Source of the DNA: Corallochytrium limacisporum Hawaii
Taxonomy: Eukaryota > Protista > Pluriformea
Assembly (NCBI GenBank): GCA_002811645.1
Contig: PDIP01000126.1
Span: forward strand, 62,833 to 126,832
Length of the DNA stretch: 64,000 nucleotides
Direction of reading: 5' to 3'
Shown: positions 34,581 to 46,304 of the stretch, in pieces
Layout of the letters: each line of letters opens with the position of its first letter
How positions within the stretch are numbered: the first letter of the stretch is position 1
Notes under the pieces: generated by a model
Databases searched by the model: none
Told to the model about the DNA's origin: nothing
The model's input: only the letters and a program-made list of their open reading frames with translations
Translations under genes and position numbers: made by a program

Positions 34581-37277
34581 AAAGCTGTTTATGCATTGAT
34601 GTTTCACATGACACCAACAGGCAGAACCAATATGTTTTAACAGAATATTACCATCATACTACCCATACCAACTAAACCACACCATAAACCACCCACTCGT
34701 CCCCAAGCCAAAAGTGTTGTGCACGACATGCCTTACGAAAACTACCGTCCCACACTGCACACGGCCGCCGACAGCCCATCTCCTTCCATTCACCCCTGGC
34801 CTGCGGCACCGGCACAGCCACCACGACGGCACCAGGCCCGTCCCCCCCTCCCCTGCGCTGATCCCTCCATCTCCGCCCCGGGCGACCCCCGGGGGGGGGG
34901 GCCTGTGTGTCGCGAAGTCCTTTTTTTTCTTTACTTTTCTTTTCTGTTTTATGGCGCCATTTTTTCTTCCCGCTCTCGTACGCGGTGGGACTGCTTGGTT
35001 TCAGTACTCAAACAGTGGCCCGGGATGCGCTTAGCAATTCGGGAAACGACACAGAGCGACAGCGAAAGAGCGAGAGAGCGCGAGAGAGAGGGCGGGGACC
35101 CGGTGTTTTTTTTTATATTTTCTATTTTTTGGTTATACTCGTCCTCTGCGACGCGACGCCCTCGCCTTAACAAGCACCCGGCGCAGCACAACTTGCGCCG
35201 CCCGAGGCTCCTTCGCCACTTTTTGTTTTCGGGGTTCTCTTTTCCCCGGACGGGGGGGACGGGACGGCCCAGCTCGACCGCCCGGCCAGTCTCCGGTCGC
35301 CTTGCCGCCGCCCAGGTTTTTTTTTTTCTCTTTTTGGGGACTCCCTCCGCTTTTCTTTGTTTTTTGGTGGTGGCACGTGAATAAAGGGAAAAAAAAAGAG
35401 GAAAACGGAAAAGAAAGCAAAGGTTAGGTTAAAGCGTATACACCGGGCCACTCGCAACCGCCTCAGAAAAGAGGTTGAAAGAAAAGAAAAGGAAGGGAGA
35501 GAGAGTAATAAAAAGAAAAGAAGAAATTGTTGTTTTCTGTATGGTTTGATTTTGTTTGGTGTGTGTGGTGGTTGGGGTGTGTGAGAGAGCGAGAGGGAGG
35601 GGAAGGGTAGGAAAAGGGGGGGGGAAGGTTGGGNNNNNNNNNNNNNNNNNNNNNNNNNNNNNNNNNNNNNNNNNNNNNNNNNNNNNNNNNNNNNNNNNNN
35701 NNNNNNNNNNNNNNNNNNNNNNNNNNNNNNNNNNNNNNNNNNNNNNNNNNNNNNNNNNNNNNNNNNNNNNNNNNNNNNNNNNNNNNNNNNNNNNNNNNNN
35801 NNNNNNNNNNNNNNNNNNNNAAGGAGTTGGGGGGTGGGGGGGGGGATATTATCGCCGGTTGGTGGTGGTGAACCGGTATAATTTCGCCCCCCCCCTCTCC
35901 CTCCCCAAGAAAAAAAGGGCGGGTAAAAAACCCCTCCTGCCCCCTCCGGGGGGTAAGGGGGGAAGGGGTGTGGGTGTGGGTACTCAACGGCCCCATTTTT
36001 CTTGGCTCTGTTTCTTCTTCTTCTTCTTTTTCTTTCTTTTTTCTTTTTTTGTGTGTGTGTTTGCTTTGCTTTTCTCTAGTTCTGTGGTGGGTGTGCCGGG
36101 TCCTTAGCTCCCCTTCTCCCGGCCCCCCCCCCTTTCCCCTCCCTTACGGCCGGCCCGTTGGGACAGGACGGACGGTCCGGACGGGTGAAGATAGAGAGAG
36201 AGAGAGAGAGAGAGCCCCGGGACTCTCAGAAAAGGAGTAAGGCCCGCTGCCATGGAGGAGGACGCCAAAACGCTTGGACTTTTTAACCGCTGCTGCTGCT
36301 GCTGCTGTTGTTGCTGGAAGCACACCAGGACTGCAGCAGGAATGTGTGTTAACACTACACCTGTCCGCAAAAAAACACAAACGGTATGTTTTGCAAGAAC
36401 GGATGCCACCAGCCAATGGCAACAACGATCTGTTGTTGTCCAAAAGATCTATCCGGGGTGTGCTTCTTGAGTGTGTCCTTCCGGGACCGCTGGGGCCATA
36501 GCAGCGAACGTAATACCGTACAGTGTGTGTGTGTGTGTGTGGTCGCCAGCGGCCGGCGATCGGACGTACGTAGTACCCGCAAAAACCAGTAGCACGCACA
36601 GCAAGAGCACAAACAGCTTAAATCACGATCCCTTTTTTTTTTTACCTCAAGTGGAAAGTGAGCAGAAAAGAGTGGTTCTGTTGTGCCAGCATTACATGAT
36701 AAGAGAGCCATCGTATAATGTCTTGTGAGGAGTGCACATCTCTGAGTTTTCTGCGCGAGTTGGTACTGTCCTGTTCTCACAGAGCCAAGGGTTAAGTGCT
36801 TTGCTGGCGACATTGGCCAACCCCAAATTATAGGATCATCGTGAGGGCCACAGAACAAAGCTACAAAGTCCGTGGATTGCAAGCTGACCGTTGCTTGGCG
36901 GGTAACCTTGCAAGAGAGTCTGGTTCAAACCGTGAAACACGCACAAGACATCTAGACGACCACTGCCTATGTCCTACCCGGGAATTCTGGTTCCTTCGAG
37001 GAAGATTTGAATTCATCCAGAGTACTTTTTGTGTGCGCGAGCCCAGCGAGAAGGTAAGGGACGCCTGAGACCCGAATTAGAGATAGGTCCACCGTTCCTC
37101 TGGGTGAGGAAGGTAATACGTAAATTCGTCCATTTTGCACAACCACACAAGATTGCACACGACTCAGGGCCTGGGATCAGATTCCAGTTCACCGCCCCAC
37201 CTTGTCCCTTAGCAAACCACAGGTTTATCCAGTGACCACGAGAACAAAGAAAATCTTCTCGAGGGAGCTCAATTACC

Positions 37278-37856
37278 ATGAGCGTCACCACCGAGAGGAA
37301 ACTACAGATTCCCCCCATACGGAGTCCCAACCGCAGCGCTGGCGGGCCGGTAGCTGTCTCCACTGCCCCTGGCTTGGATGCCGGACACGGCAGTAAGCTG
37401 TGTGCCCACCGCAACCGTGTCGCCTTTGTCTGCGGATCAAATTCTTGCCGCTCTCAGATGGCAGAAGTGTTGTGCAGGAAGCTACGCCCCGAAATCGACT
37501 GCGTGAGCGGCGGGTTACAGACCAAACCCGGCAAGGTGATCAACCCGTTTGCGATCCGTGTCCTAGAAGAGATCGGGCTGGGTGTCGATGAACTCTGCAT
37601 CAAGGATCTGGGCAGCATTAAGCCGTACGCTTACGATTTGATTGTCGTACTATGTGAGTGCGACAGCCATATGAATGTGCCAAGTCATGTCCAGGGCAAG
37701 GTTGTGCTTCGGTCAATAGACGCGCCCTCCAATATTGTCAAAGCAATGGGCACTGAGGTGCCCGACGAGGAGAAGATTGCAGTCTATCGAAGGGTTAGGG
37801 ACCAGATCAGTGAATTGATTCGGACCCTAAAAGTAGCAGAGGATGTCAAGGACTGA
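37278..37856 (+). CDS. arsC: Arsenate reductase, LMW-PTP fold, with a distal CxC pair (cyanobacterial hybrid type), 192 aa
   Basis: P-loop FVCGSNSCRSQMAE (C52-x5-R), INPFAIRVLEEIG, YDLIVVLCEC (C126/C128) and C-terminal YRRVRDQI. Good start context (taccATGA) and AATAAA at about 37883. Confidence 0.82.
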   Translation: MSVTTERKLQIPPIRSPNRSAGGPVAVSTAPGLDAGHGSKLCAHRNRVAFVCGSNSCRSQMAEVLCRKLRPEIDCVSGGLQTKPGKVINPFAIRVLEEIGLGVDELCIKDLGSIKPYAYDLIVVLCECDSHMNVPSHVQGKVVLRSIDAPSNIVKAMGTEVPDEEKIAVYRRVRDQISELIRTLKVAEDVKD

Positions 37857-38533
37857 CAAAGAGCCAATTGTTGGACCCAATGAATAAAGTAACACGGAAA
37901 TCCCAGTATGTACCACTGTTATAGGAGGTGCCATTTATTGAGTGAGCGTTGGTCAGGATGCGACCATGCTTTACCACTCTTGTGCTATAGGGCAAAGTAA
38001 AACTTGTGGTGCGCAATGGTTAACGGGGGTATCAAGGGCCCACCTCCCATCATCCTCTGTAAACAAGCGAATACGACCACTACAAACAAATAAACCCTTC
38101 TTTCATGGGAAGAGCAAAACTCACTCTCGTTGAATCTATTCCTGCAGTTTGTTACGATTTCTTTGGTTTGTGTAGATCCAAATAGTGCGTTTCAAGTGTT
38201 ATCATTGCTGTTGGGGGGAATCTGACGGAGATCAAGGACCCGTTGTGCCGATGGCATTTCCACCAGAGTTGCCGTTATTCCCGGAAACCCCCCCAACCCC
38301 CGCGCGGACAGTTTAGAAACTTTCTTCAAAGTGATCTTGAAAGTTAACATGTTGCAGAATTGGGAGTTGTAAGAATGGGGACTTCGCACTGCTGCTTGAT
38401 ACCAGTCGACTGATTGACTTACTGCCAAACACATAGTAAATTGTGCTGCAGGGGAATACTCCATGGACCGATCTGCGCAGCTCTAATCCAAACTAAGTTG
38501 ACATCGGTACAATACCAGTGGACCCCTCTCCAT

Positions 38534-39151
38534 CTAGCAGCATCCCTTCTTCTGCTGCTGTTGTGCATTCTTGTTGACCGCAATCTTATTGGCGTTGGGG
38601 TTGGGCTTGGGCTGCACAGCCTTAAGGTCCATCTTCTTCTTAATGTCCCGTGCAATGGTCATGAAGGCCTCCTCAACGTTAATGTTGTTCTTTGCCGAGG
38701 TCTCCAGGAACTTGGCACCGTACTCGCCCGCAATCTTTTCACCACGCTCCTTAGGAACTTCACGCTTGTCTTCCATATCGCACTTGTTACCGAGGATCAT
38801 TTTCTCGACCTCCTCGCTGGCATGTGCCTCAATATTGCGCACCCAATTCTTGATGTTCTCAAAGGACTGGGCGTTGGTAATGTCGTAGACGAGGAGGATA
38901 CCCATGGCACCGCGGTAGTAGGCGGTAGTAATGGTGCGGAAACGCTCTTGTCCGGCAGTGTCCCAAATCTGTAGCTTGATCTTCTTACCGTCGAGCTCAA
39001 TGGTACGGATCTTAAAGTCGATACCAATCGTGGAGATGAACGTGGAGTTGAACGCGTCGTCGGAGAAGCGGAACAACACACAGGTTTTTCCCACACCGGA
39101 ATCTCCGATAAGGAGGAGCTTGAAAAGGTAGTCATAGGCCTTGGTGGTCAT
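38534..39151 (-). CDS. RAB8: Rab8 small GTPase, 205 aa
   Basis: [78 protein letters not shown] and a C-terminal GCC prenylation signal. ATG at 39151 (caccATG); the track's start at 39172 is a TTG. Confidence 0.97.
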   Translation of the reverse strand: MTTKAYDYLFKLLLIGDSGVGKTCVLFRFSDDAFNSTFISTIGIDFKIRTIELDGKKIKLQIWDTAGQERFRTITTAYYRGAMGILLVYDITNAQSFENIKNWVRNIEAHASEEVEKMILGNKCDMEDKREVPKERGEKIAGEYGAKFLETSAKNNINVEEAFMTIARDIKKKMDLKAVQPKPNPNANKIAVNKNAQQQQKKGCC

Positions 39152-42089
39152 GGTGGATTGATTTGTGTTCAATTGAAAGGTCTACGCCCGAAAAATGAAT
39201 GAATATTGGCTACTGGCACGAAATGATGCACACAATGTTATTACTTTCCCGGAATTGTTTTTTATGGACAACCTCGTTTCGCTTGAAAGCTAAGCAAAAT
39301 ATACTCAGAGATGGCCCTTAAGCAACAAAAGATGTAGAATAAATCACACAAACAAAAATTCAGAATTGCGTTTGTTTTTGCTTCCGTCCCGCGGGCTTCA
39401 TAACACGAACCATTGCCCATTCGTGCACGCTTCAAGACGCTCACCATGAAGAACCTTTTCCCAGTGATGACTTAAACTTGCGCACTGTTGTTTGCTGCCA
39501 AAAAAGGAAGCCAAAACCCTTCAGAAACTCCAAGACTCTGTGTTGGTCACAAACGCAAGGAAAAGAAAACCTATCAGCACCCCCCCACACACACACACAC
39601 ATCACACCGGGATCCGTTTCCCGTGCACAGCTTCCCGTGAATTTGGCAGTATGTACAGCATAAGCCAATAATACATGTATGTAGATATATATTTCTTCCT
39701 TTTAGCCCTACTACAGCTCAAAACTGTCACTCTCGCTCTCTCTCTCTCTCACACCCACTCCCGCGAATGCCCCCAAAGGCCGCCCTCGCTCTTCACGCCC
39801 CGTCCCCCCCTCCTCACTCTCTCTCTCTCTCTCTCTGTGTCTTTGTCGCTGTGTCCCATTCGTCTTTTTTCCGTCCGTGTGTGTTTTGGGTCACCGCCAA
39901 TCCTGCCCTCCCCTCATCTCCCCGGCCCGGAGGGGGGGGGGAGGGGGAGGCTGTTTTGGTACTGCGCCACCAACTCCCCCCCCCCAACCTCGTCTCCCTC
40001 TTTCTATTTTTTTTTCCCTTTTTTTTTCTCTTGCTTTCCCTCTCCCTGTTTTTTTTTTGGCCGTTACCACCACCCCAACCCTCCCCTGCCCGGGCGGTGG
40101 TGCTTGGTGCATGCACCAATCAAAGCACACCGGAGGCAGGCAGGACGGGAGGATGACGGGTGGCGCGGCAAGGGTCACACACCAGGGGTCAAAGGTCCCA
40201 AAGGGCAAAGGTCCCAAAGGGCGAGAGCGAGAGCGCGAGAGCGAGAGAGAGAAAAAAAACCGAAAGAATAGAAAGAAAGGGGGAAAAAAAAGAAGGAGAG
40301 GAAGGCCCCCCCGGGGGGGGGGGAGGGGGGCTGAGATGGCAGCAGAGAGACACTGAGAGAGAAAGAAGCTTTTTTTTTTGGTTCCTAGACCCGTACCGAC
40401 GACGCTGGCCCAGTCTCCCTTCCATTCGTGGCGGACGACGGTTCACGGGTTGCACCGTTGCACGGCACGCAACAGCGAGGCCGAGGCGGTGGGAGGCTGC
40501 TAACTACTCACTCTTCTGCTCCCACTCCTCCTGAAAAGCGCAGTCAGCGCCTTCTCCTAACACCGGCCTTCCTGGCATAATTTTTATTCCTTCTTCTTCA
40601 GGAACTTCTTTCTTTCGGTGTTTTTTTTTCCCCTCCCTCGGCGCCCGGGGATTGTTCTTATGTCATCCATCGCCAGCGGGGGAACCCTTAGTTTTTCCTT
40701 TTACCCTGCGGGGTTGGGAGAGAAGAGGGAGAGGTCCGTTATAGACTCTTGGCAAGGGAGGGGCCTCACATCAACCACCAGCCACCTCCCTTCCGTCCGA
40801 CCAGTGGAACAAGAAGGGAGGTAGTGAAGGTACTGCTGAAATCACGTTGTTGGGGTGAAAGGGGGGACGCTTCGGAACGGTTATTACCAATTTTTTCTTC
40901 CCCTTCTCTCGGTCCCTTCCTTCTTTTCTCTTTCTTTTATTTGTTGTCGTGACGAAGTTTCCGCTTCGTCTCCTTCTTCTCTTTCCTTATTTTTTTTTCT
41001 CGTTTCATTATAATCGGTCATCTGTTTCCTTTGCGTTATATTTCGTTCTTTTTCTTTTTTCTCCTTTCTTTCTTTCATATTTTTTTCTTCTTCTGTGTTT
41101 CCTTTGGTCTCTACCCTGATAATATCGATCCAGCTGGCTCGTGTCATTTTTTCCCCTCTTCGCTTCCCCCTTTTTATCTTCTTCCTTCCTTCATTTCCCT
41201 CCACGCGCGACATATACTCACAGAACCGGGAAAATATAGAGTTTGTTCCCCAAAAATGATAGACAAGAGATCCTGGAAAACGAAATACGGGAGAGCCAAG
41301 ATCGGGCGGTCCCGTCCAGTGCGGAGAGAAATAACAATATCAGGTAATCACGCAAATGAAGAATAAATTCAGAGCTTTGTATAATATAATTAGTATGAAA
41401 TTAACACAATTGATAAAGGAACTATGCGTAACGGACCTATAGCATTGGAGCCGGTTGGAATTCGCGGGGAGGAGACCCCTCCCCCTCCCTCCCGGGCCCT
41501 ACGGTACTGCGCCAGAGCACTGCAGCAGTCACGACCCCAAGGAAACCGGGGGAAGCACGCCCCGTTCCCTTCCTTCCCTGTCCTCTACCGTACTTTCAGT
41601 ATAGCAACTGCTTCCTTGCGAGCGATAACAATGAAGAAAACACACACACACACCCCCACCCCACCAAGACTTTGGGGGTCCCAGCCCGTTCGGACTCAAG
41701 GCACACCGTAGGGTTTTTGCTGGCATCGTCTCACCCGGTGACAGCATCACGGGTGAACCCGGTACATTCACAACTGATTCGCAGCAGGCAAAGTCACCAC
41801 CGCGTCCCGGGGAGGGGGGATCTTCTTTGCCCCTCGTCTTCTCGGTCCCTCTTTTCTTTCTTTTTCTTCATTTCCTTTGCTCCCATTTTTTTTCTCTTTC
41901 CTGTGCGCCGTGCGATTGTCCAGTGCTGCCATAGGCAGCCAATGACTGTGCCGCTGAGGCATACGAGCAAACCAGAGCCCAAATGACGACGCACGCCACC
42001 CTTAAAAGCGGAGAGGGCACCCAGCTTCTCGCTGACTATGCCCCGGTGTGGCCCTTGGAGGCCCCCGGAGGGGGGTGGGGGAGGGGTGC

Positions 42090-42092
<3 letters not shown>

Positions 42093-42141
<49 letters not shown>
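42093..42141. repeat. (CT)n microsatellite, about 24 units
   Basis: Read directly. Confidence 0.95.
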
Positions 42142-42145
<4 letters not shown>

Positions 42146-45100
42146 AACTTTTTTCTACCGCTAAAATCCAAAAGCCTTAACTTCCTAACCGGCCCCTCCT
42201 TACCTCCCCTTCCCTGCCCTCTTTATTTCCCTTTCCCTTTTTTTTTCCTAGTATTTCTTGGTGCCAACTCACCCATTGGTTTTCTTGTTTTTCTCCAAAC
42301 TTTCTGAACGCGGGCCAGTCACCAAGTCAGCCAAAGGGGAAGGAGGGGAACCCCCGGGGGAGTGGGGGGGGGCCGCAACAAATGAGTCACTACCTTTTAA
42401 TCGCTCGATAGTACTACACCCGCGGGAAGGGGAAGGGAGGGGAGGTGGTGGTGTGAGAAGGGAGACAACCAGGTCATTGGGCACACCAAAGGATAGAGAG
42501 AGAGAGAGAGGTCGGGAAACTTGGGGACAATGTGCCTGTGGGGCCAGTCCCCTTCCACCTTCGTTTTATAATGGACTCCCGGCTTGCTCCCCCCCCTCTC
42601 TCTCTCTCTCTCTCCCGCGCACGCAATTGCACGGGTAGGGCTGCTTATCATGAGGGTGTGTGCCGTAGGCGGTGTGTGTTTTGGATTTTCCCGTAATTAT
42701 ATATATAAGTATATTGATATATTATATAATAGCAAGACTAAGGTATAGTATCGGCAGTATATACTATAGCTGCCCTGATATTTCGGATCAATATTGCAGA
42801 GGGACGCCCTCCTTTGCAGCTCCACTTTCCTTGCCAGGGCTGTGAAGGAAGGTGAGAAGAAAAAGAAAAAGGGGGGGGGGTTCGGCTGGGGGTAGGCGAT
42901 TCACTTGTGTGCCAATCAATGTATTTGAACGCATTGGCTATAGCGCGGATACGGATTGGTGTCAAAAATCGTAAAATCAGCTCAACCACCCTGCACCGCC
43001 ACGGGTAACGGGAAGAAAAGAAGAAAGGGTGAGTGTGTGTGTGTGTGTTGGTGGTGGTACTACGGAAGCCGGGTAGCGGCGCGCATACCCAAAACAAAAA
43101 TATGTTATTGCCGAAGCGGCAGACACCGTGGTCGTTACTTTAGTCAATACGTTCTCATACTGAACATACGTACATATGAATCAATTGGATTTTTTTTAAC
43201 AATTTGTCCCCCTCCCTCCCTCTCTGAATTAGCTCAGAAAAAAAACCCAAAAAAAGAAGGAAAAAAAACACAAAAAACCCGGGCTCTCGAGACGACAGGG
43301 TGCTGCCATAAACCAAGCCAGGCCACCACAAAAAAAGTAAAGAGGGAAGAGAAAAAAATTGCTGCCCCCTCCCTACCCCACCCACACAGACACTGCTCCA
43401 AGACCCCTTTCGAGGCGACGGGAGTGGATAACGGCCAAGGATTTCCGATTTTAATTTTAAGTACTGAAAATATGGATGTAATATGAAACGAAGTTAAAAA
43501 AGGGTCGGAGAAGGAGCGGCGGGCCGTATCCTTTTTTGTCTTCGCCTCGGTTGTGTGCGAGGGTGTGTGAATTTTCCTTTTTTATCTCGAATTTATCAAT
43601 ATAAAAACGATAAAATCTTCGCCAAAGTCGTCAGAGATAGGAGTCTTCCCGGAACGAGAGAAGAACAAAGGAAGCAAGAAACAAAGAAGAAAAAGATAAG
43701 GTAGAGACAAGAGAGAGAGAGAGAGCAAAGAGAGGGAGCGAGCAAGTATATAAAAATGAAGGAGTTAAAAAAATTGAGAGAAAGAGAAAAGACCGGGGGA
43801 GTAGAAGGAACGAATCTTGTGATGACCACCGGTCAGCAAAACACAAGAAGAGCAGCAAAACTAAGGATTCCCTGGGAGTTTTTGGTAACAAAACCACCGT
43901 CTCAAATATTTTCCTTCCTTTTTTTTTTCCTTTTTAACAGTTCCTCTTTGGACCCTCGCCAAAGGAGGGGTGGGGGAAAAATGAACACTTACGTGGCGTT
44001 CTCCCCACTCCCCCCATCTTCACCAAGTCTTTAGGTATAGCAAAGGTACTGAAATATATTTCTTCACCCGGTGATTGAAAGGGGAGTTAGTGGTGGTTGG
44101 TGGGTATGGGAAGTAAGCAATTCTGCGCAAGAAAATCGCGAGCACCGGCGTGTGGCAGCACCCGTTAACGGGCACATCACACGGACTATATTAAGAGAGT
44201 TGTAGTTGTGATTTTTTGATAATAACTGTATAAGAAAATATTGTGATATTTGGTAATATGCCACGACTGCCCAGTGAAGAGTATGGTTCCGACGGCACCC
44301 CAACCGCGGCTCGGCAACAACGTCGGTTTGCAGAGAATTAGCTCTGTACCCGTACAGGTCTGCTTTATCCAGTACAAAATGTATAGATTCTTAAACCAAT
44401 CGTGGATCGAAATGGCATGGAATCCGCGCCCCGCTTTCCCTCCCTCTCGGCAGGCCCTTTTTTTTTCCCTTCTCTGCCGCGACCGGCCCTTCTCACCCAG
44501 GACCGACCCCGGTGGCTATTGTCTCCATAGCCACCGTACGGCGCTTTTGGGGTCTTAGCGCAGCGATGTGTTTCTCTTTTTTTTTCTTTTTTCTTTTTTT
44601 TTTCCTTCTCTGCTGCCTTGGGTCCCCTCCCCTCCGGGGATTGTTTGCTCCTGGTGATCACCGGCGGTTGCCGCTCCCTGGCTCTCGCTCCATTCTATTC
44701 CCCGCAACGCCCGCTCAAGACTGTTCCCTACCAACTCTGACTTCTCTTCCACAGTACTTAATGAATCAAATTTTTAGTTCTTTCTTTTGCTTCCTTCGAA
44801 GTCGTGCAGGAATTCCTCACACCGCCAGCGCTCTCGCTCTCTCGCTCTCTCTCAACCAAGGTCGATCACGTAATATTTCGAACCCTCGTCTCTCCCCCCC
44901 CCGCGGGGGGGACCTCCCCTCTCTAGCCTTTGGCCGGTGTGTCTTGGGAGGGGCAAAAGAAAAGAGAGAGTGAAGAGTGCCGGTGGATATAAATTTCTTT
45001 TCTGTATTTTTTTTTTAATTTTTTGGTGGAAGCCCCGCCGGTGGAGGGGGGGGGACCCGGGTCCTTCTCGGCCCCGCTCTTACCTTGCCTCCCCCTCCCT

Positions 45101-45165
45101 TCCCTTCCTTCCTTCCCTCCGGGGACGACCTTCCTCGACCCACCCCCGCGACAGAGACCCGGAGC

Positions 45166-45168
<3 letters not shown>

Positions 45169-45213
<45 letters not shown>

Positions 45214-45242
45214 GGAGAGGGAGAGAGAGAGAGAGAGAGAGA
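45169..45242. repeat. (AG)n microsatellite running into an assembly gap
   Basis: Read directly; the N-gap at 45243-45593 follows. Confidence 0.95.
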
Positions 45243-46304
45243 NNNNNNNNNNNNNNNNNNNNNNNNNNNNNNNNNNNNNNNNNNNNNNNNNNNNNNNNNN
45301 NNNNNNNNNNNNNNNNNNNNNNNNNNNNNNNNNNNNNNNNNNNNNNNNNNNNNNNNNNNNNNNNNNNNNNNNNNNNNNNNNNNNNNNNNNNNNNNNNNNN
45401 NNNNNNNNNNNNNNNNNNNNNNNNNNNNNNNNNNNNNNNNNNNNNNNNNNNNNNNNNNNNNNNNNNNNNNNNNNNNNNNNNNNNNNNNNNNNNNNNNNNN
45501 NNNNNNNNNNNNNNNNNNNNNNNNNNNNNNNNNNNNNNNNNNNNNNNNNNNNNNNNNNNNNNNNNNNNNNNNNNNNNNNNNNNNNNNNNNNNNGGTTTTT
45601 TGCTGGGCTCCCTGCGACCGGAAGGGCGCAAAACCCACCCGCGGGTGCTCTGCGGGTAGAGGGGGGAGAGGCAGCCGAGGCGAGGTGCGCCGGACACACG
45701 GCCTGGGGTCCCCGTCGCCACCGTTTCGCTTACAAAACGCACGGAGAACAAAGAGCGAACTCGAACCCGTCGGCTCCGCTCTTTGCGCTGGCTTTGCAGG
45801 GTGAGTGCCTGGGGGTGGCGGGTGTGTGTGTGGAGCGAGTAAGGCTGCAAGTGTCCCGTCACCGCGCGTGCCCTTTGTCCCGGGAGCGCATCCGGTTTTG
45901 TGGGCTGTGCGTTCGTGAACGCCTGTTTGTTTGGTTCCTGTGTGCGAGGTGCAAGGGAGACATTCATACACGGAAAACGAGGCGGAAGCAGTATCATTGG
46001 AAAGGTATGTCAGATCGAGGTAAACTATGTCTGTGGGCTGACTTCGCCCGCCAAATGAACATGACATGGCAGTGACCAACAGCTCGCGAATGGGGAGCCA
46101 AGAACGAAAGGAGAGCTCCAGCACTACATAGAACACATTTGGGTTTTTGATTGAGGACCATGGCGTAGGAGTCATGTTGTAACCAACGAGAAAATGTTGC
46201 AGTTAGTCGTACAGGAATAGACACACTTACAAAGATGACCTGAACCACTGCAACCGATTGTACTGAATATTTACGTATACAATCTACACGACATTCAAAA
46301 CAGG

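Larger units (their letters stand above)
39700..45900. promoter_or_regulatory. Long low-complexity divergent intergenic region between RAB8 and the Atos homologue
   Basis: Dense A/T/C/G homopolymers, (CT)n, (AG)n and C(n)G(n) palindromes at 40306 and 44894. No credible ORF. Lies 5' of both flanking genes. Confidence 0.5.

Noticed and set aside
38534-38536. Possible stop-codon reassignment to explain broken ORFs
   Set aside because: RAB8 ends at TAG right after its CC motif, and other genes end at TAA or TGA; the code is standard.
44923-46175. Long ORFs spanning N-gaps and microsatellites (also at about 7.8-8.5, 35.5-36.1 and 63.1-63.6 kb)
   Set aside because: Artefacts of Ns and stop-free low-complexity sequence.
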